DNA of 64,000 nucleotides from Desulfatiglandales bacterium (lineage in GTDB: Bacteria > Desulfobacterota > DSM-4660 > Desulfatiglandales > Desulfatiglandaceae), in NCBI GenBank assembly GCA_963666345.1, contig OY762721.1, positions 1,152,001-1,216,000 on the forward strand, written 5' to 3'. Below, in pieces: positions 29,133 to 40,133 of the stretch. How positions within the stretch are numbered: the first letter of the stretch is position 1; every line of letters starts with the position of its first letter. Position numbers and translations under genes: made by a program. The notes beneath the pieces are model-generated. The model had not been told where the DNA came from. It did not search any database and saw nothing but the letters and a program-made list of their open reading frames with translations.

Positions 29133-30320
29133 ATGCCGGGTTTTGAGATATTTGGAGACGAGGAAAGAAAAGAGGTCCAGGAAGTCCTGGACACGGGCGT
29201 ATTGTTCAGGTACGGGTTTGACCAGGCGCGAAACGGTATATGGAAGGCAAGGACCTTTGAACAGGAGGTCTCAAAGGCCCTGTCGGTTAAGCACTGCCAT
29301 CTTTGCTCAAGCGGCACCGCGGCCCTTTCAATCGCGCTTGCATCGTGCGGAGTGGGCGCGGGAGACGAGGTCATAGTCCCGCCGTTTACCTTTATCGCCA
29401 CTATTGAAAGCGTGCTTCAGGCAGGGGCGGTTCCCGTATTCGCGGACATTGACGAGACCCTCTGTCTTAATCCGGAGGCGGCGGAGGCCGCGATCACCCC
29501 CAGGACCAGGGCAATGATCGTGGTCCACATGTGCGGCTCCATCGCCAGGATAGAACTACTGAAGGATATCTGTGAAAAACGGGGGATAATCCTTATCGAA
29601 GACGCCTGCCAGGCATTCGGAGCCACCTACAAAGGCAGGTACGCAGGCACCTTCGGGAAAGCGGGGTGCTTCTCCTTTGATTCGGTCAAGACCATCACCT
29701 GCGGAGAGGGGGGAGCGGTCGTAACCGATGATGATGAATTATACACAAGGGCGTTTCAGTACGCAGACCACGGCCACGACCATATAGGGGATGACAGGGG
29801 CCTTGAGGGGCATCCCGTGCTCGGCTCCAACCACCGGATAAGTGAACTGAACGCGGCGGTCGGCCTTGCCCAGCTGAGAAAGATCGACCGGATACTGGAA
29901 ACGCAGAGGAGATTCAAAAAGGTTATCACAGACGCCCTCTCCGATATCCCCCGGATCACATTACAGAAGACGGATGACCCTCAGGGCGATTCCGCCACGT
30001 TTCTTTCCTTTTTCCTGCCTGATGAAGAACAGGCCAGGCAGGCCGCGAAAGACCTGGCAAGTCAGGGCGTGGACGGGTGCTTTTACTGGTACGACAACAA
30101 CTGGCATTACATCAGGAAGTGGGACCACCTTTTAAGGCTTAATTCCGCGGCCAGGCTGCCGATCGAACTCATGGATAAAAGGCCTGATTACGGCGCGCTT
30201 GATCTTTCCGCTTCTCACGGCATCATGGGCAGGGCCATATCCATGCAGATAAAGCTGGGCTGGACACAAGAGGATGTCAAAAGGCGAATTGAAAAAATAA
30301 AAAACATATTTAATGGATAG
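29133..30320 (+). CDS. kdnA: 8-amino-3,8-dideoxy-manno-octulosonate transaminase (DegT/DnrJ family)
   Basis: MPGFE.FG.EE, SFDSVKTITCGEGG, DHGHDHIG.DRG, GVDGCFYWY.NNWHY resemble KdnA; adjacent to kdnB. Confidence 0.85.
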   Translation: MPGFEIFGDEERKEVQEVLDTGVLFRYGFDQARNGIWKARTFEQEVSKALSVKHCHLCSSGTAALSIALASCGVGAGDEVIVPPFTFIATIESVLQAGAVPVFADIDETLCLNPEAAEAAITPRTRAMIVVHMCGSIARIELLKDICEKRGIILIEDACQAFGATYKGRYAGTFGKAGCFSFDSVKTITCGEGGAVVTDDDELYTRAFQYADHGHDHIGDDRGLEGHPVLGSNHRISELNAAVGLAQLRKIDRILETQRRFKKVITDALSDIPRITLQKTDDPQGDSATFLSFFLPDEEQARQAAKDLASQGVDGCFYWYDNNWHYIRKWDHLLRLNSAARLPIELMDKRPDYGALDLSASHGIMGRAISMQIKLGWTQEDVKRRIEKIKNIFNG

Positions 30321-31398
30321 AATCATGAAACAAGAATACAGAAATCTTAGTTTGGTCCCCCGAATGGTATTCGGCAGGGGTTGTTTTAATCAGCTGGGAG
30401 ATATCCTGGCACCCAGGCGGGAAAGCGGCAGGATGCTCTTTCTGGTCGACGACGTGCTGGAGCATACCGGGTTCGCTGATCGCCTTCCCATGGAAAAAGG
30501 CGACCTGCTCATATGGGTGAACGTTGATGATGAACCGTCCACGAAACTGATCGACAGTCTCAAGAGCAGGGCTACCGAGCAGCTTGGAGAAAATCCTTCA
30601 GCCGTTATAGGAATAGGGGGGGGGAGCGTCATGGACACTGCCAAGGCTGTCTCGGTCATGCTTGCCAACCCGGGATCATCGGCCGGATACCAGGGCTGGG
30701 ACCTGGTAAAAAACAGGGCCATATACCATGTGGGAATCCCCACCATCTCGGGCACCGGGGCCGAGGTCTCCCGTACCGCCGTTCTGACCGGGCCGATAAG
30801 AAAACTGGGCATAAATTCCGATTATTCCGTCTTTGATCAGATAGTCCTTGACCCGGACCTGCTTCACGGTGTGCCGTCCGACCAGAGATTCTACACCGGC
30901 ATGGACTGCTATATCCACTGTGTCGAATCGCTCAGGGGAGGATTCATCAACGCCTTCAGCAGGGCGTATGCGGAAAAGGCCATGGATATCTGCCGGGAGA
31001 TATTCCTTGAGGACTGGAAAAGGGAATCAGAGGAAAAGCTTATGATGGCATCTCTTTTCGGAGGCCTGAGCATAACCTACTCCCAGGTAGGCGTCTGCCA
31101 TGCCCTGTCCTACGGTCTCGCCTACGTCCTGAAGGTCCACCACGGCATAGGAAACAGCCTGGTCTTCGACTATCTCGAGGATTTCTACCCGGATGAGGTG
31201 GTTGAGTTCAGACGGATGTGTAAATGGCAGGACATTCAGATTCCCAGGGGAGTGACAAAGGGCATCCCGGAGGCGGACCTCACCAGGATGATCGATATAG
31301 CCCTGACACTGGACCCTCTGTGGGAAAACGCCCTGGGGCCTGACTGGAAAGAGATAATGACCCGTGATCGCCTGAAAGGGCTTTATGAAATGATGTGA
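30313..31398 (+). CDS. kdnB: Kdo 8-oxidase (iron-containing alcohol dehydrogenase family)
   Basis: FGRG.F.QL, GGGS.MD.AKAVS, YQGWDL, GP.RKLG.NSD, YTGMDCYIHCVESL, SQVG.CHA.SYGL. Confidence 0.85.
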   Translation: MDRIMKQEYRNLSLVPRMVFGRGCFNQLGDILAPRRESGRMLFLVDDVLEHTGFADRLPMEKGDLLIWVNVDDEPSTKLIDSLKSRATEQLGENPSAVIGIGGGSVMDTAKAVSVMLANPGSSAGYQGWDLVKNRAIYHVGIPTISGTGAEVSRTAVLTGPIRKLGINSDYSVFDQIVLDPDLLHGVPSDQRFYTGMDCYIHCVESLRGGFINAFSRAYAEKAMDICREIFLEDWKRESEEKLMMASLFGGLSITYSQVGVCHALSYGLAYVLKVHHGIGNSLVFDYLEDFYPDEVVEFRRMCKWQDIQIPRGVTKGIPEADLTRMIDIALTLDPLWENALGPDWKEIMTRDRLKGLYEMM

Positions 31399-31442
31399 CC
31401 GCTTTCGGCGGGGCACAGCGGGACGGCAATAATGGAGTCAGC

Positions 31443-34073
31443 ATGACGGAAGAGCCCAGGAAACCTGTCCTGAGCGGTCTCAAGGCGCTTGACCATGTCA
31501 TAAAAGGCCTGCGCCTGGGCGATAATGTGGTATGGCAGGTCGACGACCTGAAGGATTATTCCCACTTTGCCGAACCCTTCGCCGAGCAGGCCATAAAGAG
31601 CACCGGCACGTGCGTGTATATAAGATTCGCACCGCACCCCCCTATCCTGCGCCCGCGCAGAGGTCTTGCAGTAACAGAGGTGGACCCGAAGCCGGGATTC
31701 GATGTCTTCAGCGCTCAGATCCACAGGGTCATAGAGGAATGGGGCAGCGAAACCCTGTTCGTGTTCGACAATATTTCCTTTCTTGCAGAGGAGTGGACAA
31801 CCGATGAACTGCTGGCCAACTTCTTTCAGGTAACCTGCCCCTTTCTCTATGAAATGGACACGGTGGCCTATTTCGCCCTAACCAGGGGCAAGCATGCCCA
31901 CAGCGCCATAGCCAGGATAAGGGACACGACCCAGGTACTCATCGACGTCTACCGTCTGAAAAACCGCATGTACATACATCCGCTCAAGGTCTGGGACAGG
32001 TACTCTCCGCAGATGTTCCTGCCTCACGAGGTTTCAAACGGCATATATGAACCGGTATTTCAGAGCGGGCAGGCCGCCGCCGTCTCCGCAACCGCCAGGA
32101 GATTTCCCCTGCGGGCGAAGCAGAGCTCCATAGCCCCCTGGGACAGCATATACAGCAGGCTGGAGCAGTACGATCTTGAAAAGGGAATCGACCCTGAAAG
32201 GGAATCGGAATTCCAGGCGCTCAAGCAGGAATTCACCAGGATGATGCTCGGCTGGAACCCGCGTTTCAACCGGCTGGCAGACAGATACTTCGAACTGGAA
32301 GACCTCTATGCCATCAGGAACAGGATGATAGGCACCGGCAGGATCGGAGGCAAGGCGGCCGGCATGCTGGTGGCAAGACGCATCCTGCTCAAAAGCAGGG
32401 GAAAGACATCATTTTCAGATGTCATGGAAGACCATGATTCCTTTTATATAGGATCGGATGTCTTTTTTACCTTTCTTGTCCAGAATAATCTTTTCAGACT
32501 GAGGCTCAAGCTCTCAAGGAACTCCGACACCTCGCATGAAGAATTCGAGCAGGTGGAAAAAAACTTCCTGAAAGGTAACTTCCCCCAGGCGATTATGGAG
32601 GAATTCGAGGGCATGCTCGAGTATTTCGGCCAGGCCCCCATCATCGTCAGATCAAGCAGCCTTCAGGAGGACAGCTTCGGCAACGCCTTTGCAGGCAAAT
32701 ACAGGAGTGAATTCTGCCCTAATCAGGGTACCCTGGATGAAAGGCTCAAGGCGTTTCTGACCGCCGTCAAACTGGTTTATGCCAGCGCCCTGAGCCCTGA
32801 TGCTCTTTCATACAGGAGAAGAAGAGGCCTTGGGGAAAGAGACGAACAGATGGCCATTCTGGTTCAGAGGGTCTCAGGCATGCCATACAGGAACTTTTTC
32901 TTCCCGAGCCTTGCGGGTGTCGCGTTTTCAAAGAACCGGTATGCCTGGACCCACAGGATCGATTCCGGCAGGGGAGTAATAAGGCTGGTATTCGGCCTCG
33001 GGACCCGCGCCGTCAACCGTGTCGGGGACGACTATCCCCGGATGATCGCGGTGAGCCACCCCGGGCTGAGGCCTGAAACCGGCATGGAAATCGCCAAATA
33101 TTCCCAGCGCAAGATAGATCTCCTGGACCTCGTGGAAAACAGCTTTGAAACGCTTCCCATAGGCGAGGTCCTGAGCGGGGGCAACTACCCCAACCTGCAT
33201 ATGCTTATATCCATCCTGAAAGACGGTTACATGACGGAACCTTTCAAGACACTAGGCCCTGATTCAGGTGAAAAACTGATCCTGACCTTCAACAGGCTCA
33301 TCGGAAATACGGATTTCATCCGGATCATGGATGAGGCATTGCAGCGGCTTGAACACGCCTACGGCCAGCCGGTCGACACCGAGTTCACCGCATCCATCGA
33401 TAAAGACGGCAAAGTCAGGGTAAACATCCTTCAGTGCCGGCCGCTTTTGCTTCCCGGGCTTACCGGACCCGTAAAGCTTCCGCAGAAATTGAACGCCGAA
33501 AGGATACTGTTTAAATCAAAGAGGTTTATCAGCGGCGGGATGATTGAAAGGGTAAGATACATCATCTTCATCTCCCCCTATTCATACTCGGGGGTGGGGA
33601 ATCCCGACCTGAAAAAATCGGTCGGCAGGATAGTCGGACGGCTCAACAGAAATCCGAAGATCATAGAAGGAAAGGCCCTTCTGATAGGACCGGGCAGATG
33701 GGGCAGCAGCAACATCGATCTAGGAGTTAACGTCAGTTATGCCGACATAGACAACATGGCCGCGCTTGTGGAAATAGCGGGAGAGGACAGAGGGCATGTG
33801 CCGGAGGTATCTTACGGCACGCATTTTTTTCAGGATCTGGTGGAGGCCCGGATCATCTATCTGCCGCTTTATCCCGACGAACCCGATTCGATGTTCAATG
33901 CCGGTTTCTTCGATAAATCGGTAAACAGGATCAGGGATTTTACAGCTCATTATGAGGGACTAGAAGGGGTCGTCAAGGTGATAGACGTACCGGAGACCAC
34001 AGGCGGCGCCTATGCCGGCGTTGTAGCGGATCCTCAGACACACACCGCGATCTGCTTTCTTGAAAAAAACTAA
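31443..34073 (+). CDS. PEP/pyruvate-binding (PPDK_N) domain protein with N-terminal RecA/KaiC-like domain
   Basis: IGGKAAG, IVRSSSLQED...AFAGKY, GLGTRAV, LQCRP, GPGRWGS, SYGTHFFQDL; likely ATG 31443. Confidence 0.85.
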   Translation: MTEEPRKPVLSGLKALDHVIKGLRLGDNVVWQVDDLKDYSHFAEPFAEQAIKSTGTCVYIRFAPHPPILRPRRGLAVTEVDPKPGFDVFSAQIHRVIEEWGSETLFVFDNISFLAEEWTTDELLANFFQVTCPFLYEMDTVAYFALTRGKHAHSAIARIRDTTQVLIDVYRLKNRMYIHPLKVWDRYSPQMFLPHEVSNGIYEPVFQSGQAAAVSATARRFPLRAKQSSIAPWDSIYSRLEQYDLEKGIDPERESEFQALKQEFTRMMLGWNPRFNRLADRYFELEDLYAIRNRMIGTGRIGGKAAGMLVARRILLKSRGKTSFSDVMEDHDSFYIGSDVFFTFLVQNNLFRLRLKLSRNSDTSHEEFEQVEKNFLKGNFPQAIMEEFEGMLEYFGQAPIIVRSSSLQEDSFGNAFAGKYRSEFCPNQGTLDERLKAFLTAVKLVYASALSPDALSYRRRRGLGERDEQMAILVQRVSGMPYRNFFFPSLAGVAFSKNRYAWTHRIDSGRGVIRLVFGLGTRAVNRVGDDYPRMIAVSHPGLRPETGMEIAKYSQRKIDLLDLVENSFETLPIGEVLSGGNYPNLHMLISILKDGYMTEPFKTLGPDSGEKLILTFNRLIGNTDFIRIMDEALQRLEHAYGQPVDTEFTASIDKDGKVRVNILQCRPLLLPGLTGPVKLPQKLNAERILFKSKRFISGGMIERVRYIIFISPYSYSGVGNPDLKKSVGRIVGRLNRNPKIIEGKALLIGPGRWGSSNIDLGVNVSYADIDNMAALVEIAGEDRGHVPEVSYGTHFFQDLVEARIIYLPLYPDEPDSMFNAGFFDKSVNRIRDFTAHYEGLEGVVKVIDVPETTGGAYAGVVADPQTHTAICFLEKN

Positions 34074-34248
34074 GGGGATCAGATCCCTGTTAATTGAAGT
34101 TCACCAGGCAAAGCAAGAGGATCATCTCCAACCGAGCATCTGCAGCCATTCTTGCCGGGAAGGCACGGATTGGTGGCCCGGTCCGTAAAAGCGGACTAGC
34201 ACCGGAAAGGCGATATTTGCCGTATTCCATCCGCAGGAGATTTAAAAG

Positions 34249-34872
34249 ATGGAAAAAGACATACAAGCAGGAATCAGAAACAGGGTCCTTGCGGTATCCG
34301 GCAGCCCGCGAAAGGGCGGCAATTCGGATATCCTCATGAAGGAACTGCTTGAAGGAGTGAAGGACCGGGGCATGTCATGTGAAGGCATCAATCTTACGGA
34401 TTATCACGTGCATCCGTGCGTCGGCTGCGAGGGCTGCAGAAAGACGGGCATGTGCGTCAAACTGAAAGACGGCATGCAGCTTCTTTATCCCAAAATAATC
34501 GAATCAAAAGGCCTCATATTGATATCACCTACTCATAATTACAATATAACCGCCTGGATGAAGGCGTTCATAGACAGGCTTTACTGCTTCTATGTTTTTT
34601 CCGACCAGCGCCCGAGAGGCTGGAAGAGCCGGCTGTCCGGTAAGGGTCGAAAGGCCGTTGTTGCAGCGGTATGCGAACAGGAAAGCCGCGAGGACATGGG
34701 TTTTACACTGGAGGCGATGAAAAGGCCCATATCCGCCCTCGGCTATGACGTAATCGACGAACTTGCCGTATTCGGGACATTTGACAGGGGAAAGGTTGCC
34801 AGGGACAAGTCCGTAATGAAAAAGGCGAGGGACCTCGGGGCGACCCTCGCCTCTTCCGTCGAACAGGCCTGA
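34249..34872 (+). CDS. Iron-sulfur flavoprotein / flavodoxin-like FMN reductase
   Basis: GSPRKGGNS, CxxCxxC....C, SP..NY.....MKAFIDR. Confidence 0.88.
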   Translation: MEKDIQAGIRNRVLAVSGSPRKGGNSDILMKELLEGVKDRGMSCEGINLTDYHVHPCVGCEGCRKTGMCVKLKDGMQLLYPKIIESKGLILISPTHNYNITAWMKAFIDRLYCFYVFSDQRPRGWKSRLSGKGRKAVVAAVCEQESREDMGFTLEAMKRPISALGYDVIDELAVFGTFDRGKVARDKSVMKKARDLGATLASSVEQA

Positions 34873-34882
34873 AACGGTATTT

Positions 34883-35800
34883 TCAGCTGTTATCCTCCGT
34901 CGGTCTGACCGACAGGACCGGACAGGGCGACTGCCTTATTACCCGGTCGGTATTCGAGCCGACAAAGAGCGTCTCCACCAGACCGCCACCCCTGGCGCCC
35001 AGCGCTATAAGATCTATATCATTTACCACGGCGTACTTGGTCAACTCTTCATGAGGCTGACCCGCCATAAGGGTCGTTTTAGGGACGCACCAGTTGCGGG
35101 CCTCTTCAGGTATCTGTTTTTCAAGTTTTTCCCTCAATTGACCGTGCAGATCCTTTTTGAGCTGATTTGAGGCCTCCCGGTCCGGCGTGATATAGTCCTT
35201 GTACACGGACGGTTCAACGACATGGACGAGATGAAGCTCCGCCTCAAACTCCTGAGCCAGGCTGACGGCATGCTTGAACGCAAGCGAGGAATACTGGGAA
35301 AAATCGCAGCCCACAAGGATCTTCTTGATGAGCCCTTCCGGCTGTTTCTCTTTTTCTTTTATATAATCAGGCCCTTTGACCACCAGCAGCGGACATGGAA
35401 GCACCCTCATAAGCCTTTCCGTCACGGATCCCAGAAGCAGCCGCTTAAGTCCCGATCGGCCGTGGTTTCCGCACACGACAAGATCAGCGCCGTTATCCTC
35501 GGCCATCCGCGTAATCTCATCGGCCGTATGGCCTATCGTTACAAGAGGTTCCCAGTCCACGGAACTGCTGTCTATTATCCCGTTTATATGTTCATAGGCA
35601 TAGCTCATGGAACGGTCGTGAAGCTCCACAGGATCAGGATTAGCCTCTCCATACATACCGGCGAACGGGACATCTATGACATGACAGACATAGACCTTGG
35701 CATCGAGTTCCTTTGCCAGGCTGACGCCGTATAATACGGCATTTCTGGAGAAATCTGAAAAATCGGTGGCACAGATAATCTTTCTGATTTGTACCCTCAT
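34883..35800 (-). CDS. Tandem-domain universal stress protein
   Basis: KIICATDFS, G.HGRSGL..LLLGSVTE, second domain KILVGCDFS...GSNT..V.R..PCPVL. Confidence 0.92.
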   Translation of the reverse strand: MRVQIRKIICATDFSDFSRNAVLYGVSLAKELDAKVYVCHVIDVPFAGMYGEANPDPVELHDRSMSYAYEHINGIIDSSSVDWEPLVTIGHTADEITRMAEDNGADLVVCGNHGRSGLKRLLLGSVTERLMRVLPCPLLVVKGPDYIKEKEKQPEGLIKKILVGCDFSQYSSLAFKHAVSLAQEFEAELHLVHVVEPSVYKDYITPDREASNQLKKDLHGQLREKLEKQIPEEARNWCVPKTTLMAGQPHEELTKYAVVNDIDLIALGARGGGLVETLFVGSNTDRVIRQSPCPVLSVRPTEDNS

Positions 35801-36034
35801 TATTCACGTCCTCCTTTGATCCTTAGTCTGCCTTTATTTTAGCAGAGACCAACCCGACATACAACTTCTCTTTTAAGGGCCCCTGTCCATTTTCTCATCC
35901 CTTTGGTTATTAACAGTCAAGCGCAGGCACACGGGGCTCTTTCCTTAAGGCCTTATACATCGGCGAGAAAGGCGTGAAAAGCGGGAAACGGCTCCACTAC
36001 CTTAACTTTTTAATCCTTTCAGCCTCAGCCGGGC

Positions 36035-36331
36035 CTAATCCGGTTCATAGTAGACCGGCTTTCTCATCTCCTTGAAAGAAAAATTATAAAACACATTGTA
36101 ACCGTTATAATCCAGCACCCTGAGATCATCGGACTGGTTCAGATCCCCCATTATCACCTTGAAATGATTTCCGTATTTCCCCCGGACAACCTCAAGGGCC
36201 AGCTCACAGGCGATAAATTTTCTTATCCCCTTTACCGTCAATTTATCCACAAGCTTCGGATCGGAAAAAGACCCGTAGGTTGTCAGAATCAGGATCGGTC
36301 CCGTCCCCGTAAAAATAATGCCTGCTTTCAT
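36035..36331 (-). CDS. Conserved hypothetical cytosolic protein (98 aa)
   Basis: GAGG RBS before MKAGIIFTGTGPILILT; LRVLDY.G..VF..F. Confidence 0.7.
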   Translation of the reverse strand: MKAGIIFTGTGPILILTTYGSFSDPKLVDKLTVKGIRKFIACELALEVVRGKYGNHFKVIMGDLNQSDDLRVLDYNGYNVFYNFSFKEMRKPVYYEPD

Positions 36332-36646
36332 AACCGCCTCCTTTGCCGCACTCATCGCCTCCCTCAAACAGATCGGGGCGGGCTGCGACATTCCGGGTTT
36401 AAAAGAAATGGCCAACCGGACTCACACCCGGTTCACGCAGGCTCCTTTGGCAGACAAAATGCAGTAACAGGATCAGGGATGAAATATCACAGGGATTTCA
36501 AGGATAGGAACAGGATCTACCGGAAGGAATAAAGCTAAAGAACCTGCAGACTAATTATCCGGGGACAGGTTTATAGTCAACAGGTTCATTTAAACATGAC
36601 TCTTTTGATTTTTCAAGGTGTTTCATGCTTCAGTACAAACTGTGCA

Positions 36647-37336
36647 TCAGCTGTCAGAGGTAGCGTCGGGATCTCCTTCTTTTTTGAACAGGTGTCTGCT
36701 TATCTCACCCTCTATCAGATAAATGACCTCCTCCGCGATGTTTGTGGCATGATCTGCAATCCTTTCCAGGTGACGAGATACCGAAAGTAGATGTATGAGA
36801 TAGTCAGTCCTGTCCGGCTGGGACTTGATGGATTCAGTTATCTTTTCAAAAATATCCCTGTTCATGTCATCCACCTCGTCATCCTTGAGGCATATCTTGT
36901 ATGCAAGATCGACATCCATGTTCACAAGCGAATCCAGGCTGCTCTTAAGCATGGCCTGGGTCTTTTCGCCCATCTCGGAATAGTCTACAGGCACAGGGAC
37001 AGGCGGTTGTTTTGCAAAAAACACCACCCTTTCGGCGATATTTACCGCCTCGTCACCGATCCTCTCCAGGTCATTATTTATCTTGATAACCGCCGTTAAA
37101 AATCGAAGATCAACCGCCACAGGCTGGTAGAGGGCGAGGATCTTGAGACATTCCTCCTCCACCTCGACCTCATTATGGTCAATCTCCTTGTCGGATTCGA
37201 TTACTTTTAACGCGAGCTCCGCATCCCTCTCCTCAACCGCCCTCAGGGCCATGCGGACCCGTTCTTCAACCATTGCCCCAACCGTGAGCATCCTTCTTTT
37301 CAGCTTGTCAAGCTGAGTCTGAAAACGAATTGTCAT
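36647..37336 (-). CDS. phoU: Phosphate signalling protein PhoU
   Basis: QPVAVDLR, DLERIGD.A.NIA, LERIADHATNIAE. Confidence 0.95.
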   Translation of the reverse strand: MTIRFQTQLDKLKRRMLTVGAMVEERVRMALRAVEERDAELALKVIESDKEIDHNEVEVEEECLKILALYQPVAVDLRFLTAVIKINNDLERIGDEAVNIAERVVFFAKQPPVPVPVDYSEMGEKTQAMLKSSLDSLVNMDVDLAYKICLKDDEVDDMNRDIFEKITESIKSQPDRTDYLIHLLSVSRHLERIADHATNIAEEVIYLIEGEISRHLFKKEGDPDATSDS

Positions 37337-37359
37337 TTGCTAAAACCTCTCTGTAATTG

Positions 37360-38121
37360 TTATCCGAAACGCCCTGTTATGTAGTCAGAAGTCTGCTGCA
37401 GTTTCGGTTTGGTAAAAATGGTCTCGGTCTGGTCCACCTCAATAAGCTTGCCGATGTAAAAAAACGCCGTGACATCGGACACCCTTGCCGCCTGCTGCAT
37501 GTTGTGCGTCACAATAATTATGGTATACAACTCCTTCAGTTGATGGATCAATTCCTCTATCTTCTGTGTGGCAATCGGATCAAGCGCGGACGCAGGCTCG
37601 TCCATCAGAACCACTTCAGGCTCAACCGCCAGGGCCCTGGCAATGCATAGCCTCTGCTGCTGTCCGCCTGAAAGCCCAAGCGCGGATTCATCCAGCCTGT
37701 CTTTCACCTCTTCCCACAGGGCTGCCTGCTTGAGGCTCTTTTCCACCTGATTTACCAAGTATGATTTGTCCCGAACCCCATTTACACGCATACCATAGGC
37801 CACATTTTCAAATATGCTCTTTGGAAAGGGATTCGGTTTTTGAAACACCATTCCCACATGACGTCTCAGGGTAACCACATCCACGTTGGGATCATATATA
37901 TCCTCACCTTCCAGCAGGACACTTCCTTCCACCCGACTGTAGGGGATAAGGTCATTCATCCTGTTAAGGCACCTCAGAAGGGTGCTTTTTCCGCAGCCCG
38001 AAGGGCCGATAAGGGCGGTAACCTCGTTCTTCTTGAAATCGAGGCTGATCTCATGGAGCGCATGAAAATCTCCATAATAGAAATTGAGGTTGTCCGCTTT
38101 CATCTTGATTTTGTTATCCAT
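37360..38121 (-). CDS. pstB: Phosphate ABC transporter ATPase
   Basis: [38 protein letters not shown]. Confidence 0.97.
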   Translation of the reverse strand: MDNKIKMKADNLNFYYGDFHALHEISLDFKKNEVTALIGPSGCGKSTLLRCLNRMNDLIPYSRVEGSVLLEGEDIYDPNVDVVTLRRHVGMVFQKPNPFPKSIFENVAYGMRVNGVRDKSYLVNQVEKSLKQAALWEEVKDRLDESALGLSGGQQQRLCIARALAVEPEVVLMDEPASALDPIATQKIEELIHQLKELYTIIIVTHNMQQAARVSDVTAFFYIGKLIEVDQTETIFTKPKLQQTSDYITGRFG

Positions 38122-38171
38122 AGAGAATCCTTAATCCTGCCGTAATGTCATTGGAAGTTGAGCATATGATA

Positions 38172-39128
38172 TCATTGTTTCCTACGCAGCTTGGCCCTGT
38201 ATAGGATGGCGATCAGATTGAGCCCCAGAACAAGCGCTATAAGCACAAGCGCGGTTCCATACTGCAGGTGCCTTGTGGCCTCTATCTCCGTGCCGGCCGT
38301 TGCAAGAACGTAAATATGATAAGGCAACGCCATTATCTCGTCAAACATAGAGGAAGGAAGCGAGGGGGTATAGTACACGGCAGCGGTAAACATAATCGGG
38401 GCGGTTTCACCCGCTGCCCTGCTTATCCCGAGGATCGCCCCGGTAAGCACACCGGGAAGAGCAGCCGGCAGCACTACCCTGTAGATGGTCTGCCATTTCG
38501 TAGCCCCCAGCCCTAGGGACGCCTCTCTGTATGTATCCGGAACCGCCCTTAAGGCCTCTTCCGTCGATCCTATTATAATCGGCAGACTCATGGCCGCAAG
38601 CGTAAGAGAACCGGCAAGGATGCTGACACCCATCTTGAGATAGACCACAAAAAAGGCAAGTCCGAAAAGCCCGAACACCACGGAAGGCACTCCTGCAAGG
38701 TTGTTTATCCCAAGCCTAATAATTCTGACCACCTTGCCGGCTCTGGCATACTCGTTGAGGTATATGGCGGACGCAACCCCGATCGGAAGGGCCACGATAA
38801 TGGCACCGAGGCTCAGACAAAGTGTTCCGACTATACAGGGAAGAATTCCACCTTTTGTCATGGAATCGACAGGAGCCTGCGTCAGAAACGTCCAGTTAAT
38901 GGCCCGCCATCCCCTTGAAAAAAGAAAATAGACAACGAATATGAGGGCTGAACCGTTTATAACAGCGGCTATCCGAAACATAGTAAACATGGTCGCCTGT
39001 GTGGCCTTTCTGCCTCTTGAAAGGGAACCATGCATGCCCCTGGGGGCACGCGTGCCATGCCCCATTTCTTCCCGACCTAGAAGGCCCTCACCTTTGGGCC
39101 TGTTTTCCACTGTTTCCGTCTCATTCAT
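38172..39128 (-). CDS. pstA: Phosphate ABC transporter permease
   Basis: LAGVPSVVFGLFG, EAS..LGATKWQT, RAAGETAP. Confidence 0.95.
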   Translation of the reverse strand: MNETETVENRPKGEGLLGREEMGHGTRAPRGMHGSLSRGRKATQATMFTMFRIAAVINGSALIFVVYFLFSRGWRAINWTFLTQAPVDSMTKGGILPCIVGTLCLSLGAIIVALPIGVASAIYLNEYARAGKVVRIIRLGINNLAGVPSVVFGLFGLAFFVVYLKMGVSILAGSLTLAAMSLPIIIGSTEEALRAVPDTYREASLGLGATKWQTIYRVVLPAALPGVLTGAILGISRAAGETAPIMFTAAVYYTPSLPSSMFDEIMALPYHIYVLATAGTEIEATRHLQYGTALVLIALVLGLNLIAILYRAKLRRKQ

Positions 39129-39221
39129 AATGGTTTTACCTGACTTAAAAATTAATCCGATTTCCTTATATAAATCCCTCTATACTGCAGGGCATTTTTC
39201 AAAAGTGCAGACGCCCGTTTC

Positions 39222-40133
39222 CTAAAGCGTTGCAGCACCCACCTGCCTGTATTTGTTGGAGATATATTCCGCCACCATATTAAAGAGAAGCGTAAAAAAG
39301 AAAAGCACTATGCCGGTGGCAAACAGCGCGTAATAGTGATCCCCCCTGAACGGGGCTTCGGCCATTTCCGCTGCTATGCTTGCCGGCATCGGCCTTACCG
39401 GATCAAATATGGAACCTGGTATCATTGCGGCCCCACCTGCAACCATCAGGACAACCATTGTCTCGCCGATAGCCCTGGACATGCCGAGTATGACTGCCGT
39501 ACAAATCCCTGATATGGACGCAGGAACGATTACCCTGGCTATTGTCTCCCACCTGGTAGCTCCCAGGGCCAGGGATGCCTCTTTAAGCTCTTTGGGAACG
39601 CTGAAAATGGCGTCTTCCGAGATGCTGCAAATTGTAGGAATTGACATAAAGGCAAGCATCAGGGAGGCATTAAAAAGGTTAAGCCCTGTCGGCACATCCA
39701 GAATCTCCTGAAGAAAGGGCGCCACTATCACCATTCCGAAAAAGCCTATCACCACGGAGGGAAGGGCTGCAAGAAGCTCCACAATAGGTTTGACCCACTC
39801 CCTCACCCTTGCTGAGGCGGCTTCCGCAAGATAGAGTGCGGTCAGGACGCCGAGAGGGATGGAAATAAAAGAAGATATAGCGGTAACAGTCAGAGAGCCT
39901 ATGATAAGGGCTAATATCCCGAATTCAGCCGGGTCATCGGTAGGGTACCAGTATTTGCCGAACAGGAAATCAGAGACGGAAACCTTTCCGAATATCGGCA
40001 CACCCTCAAAAAAGAGAAATACAACTATGAGCCCAAGTGTAAGTATAGATGCAAGGGCGATGATGAAAAAGGTGGATCTAATAAACATCTCCGCCCTTCT
40101 TCTACTTGCACCCTTTTTTTCAGCCTTTCCCAT
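39222..40133 (-). CDS. pstC: Phosphate ABC transporter permease
   Basis: ELLAALPSVVIG, RAIGETM.V.MV.G. Confidence 0.95.
   Translation of the reverse strand: MGKAEKKGASRRRAEMFIRSTFFIIALASILTLGLIVVFLFFEGVPIFGKVSVSDFLFGKYWYPTDDPAEFGILALIIGSLTVTAISSFISIPLGVLTALYLAEAASARVREWVKPIVELLAALPSVVIGFFGMVIVAPFLQEILDVPTGLNLFNASLMLAFMSIPTICSISEDAIFSVPKELKEASLALGATRWETIARVIVPASISGICTAVILGMSRAIGETMVVLMVAGGAAMIPGSIFDPVRPMPASIAAEMAEAPFRGDHYYALFATGIVLFFFTLLFNMVAEYISNKYRQVGAATL

Noticed and set aside
34119..34132. GGATCATCTCCAAC matching the TIR of the four-helix-bundle element
   Set aside because: Single short match with no partner end or internal homology; noted but not called as an element
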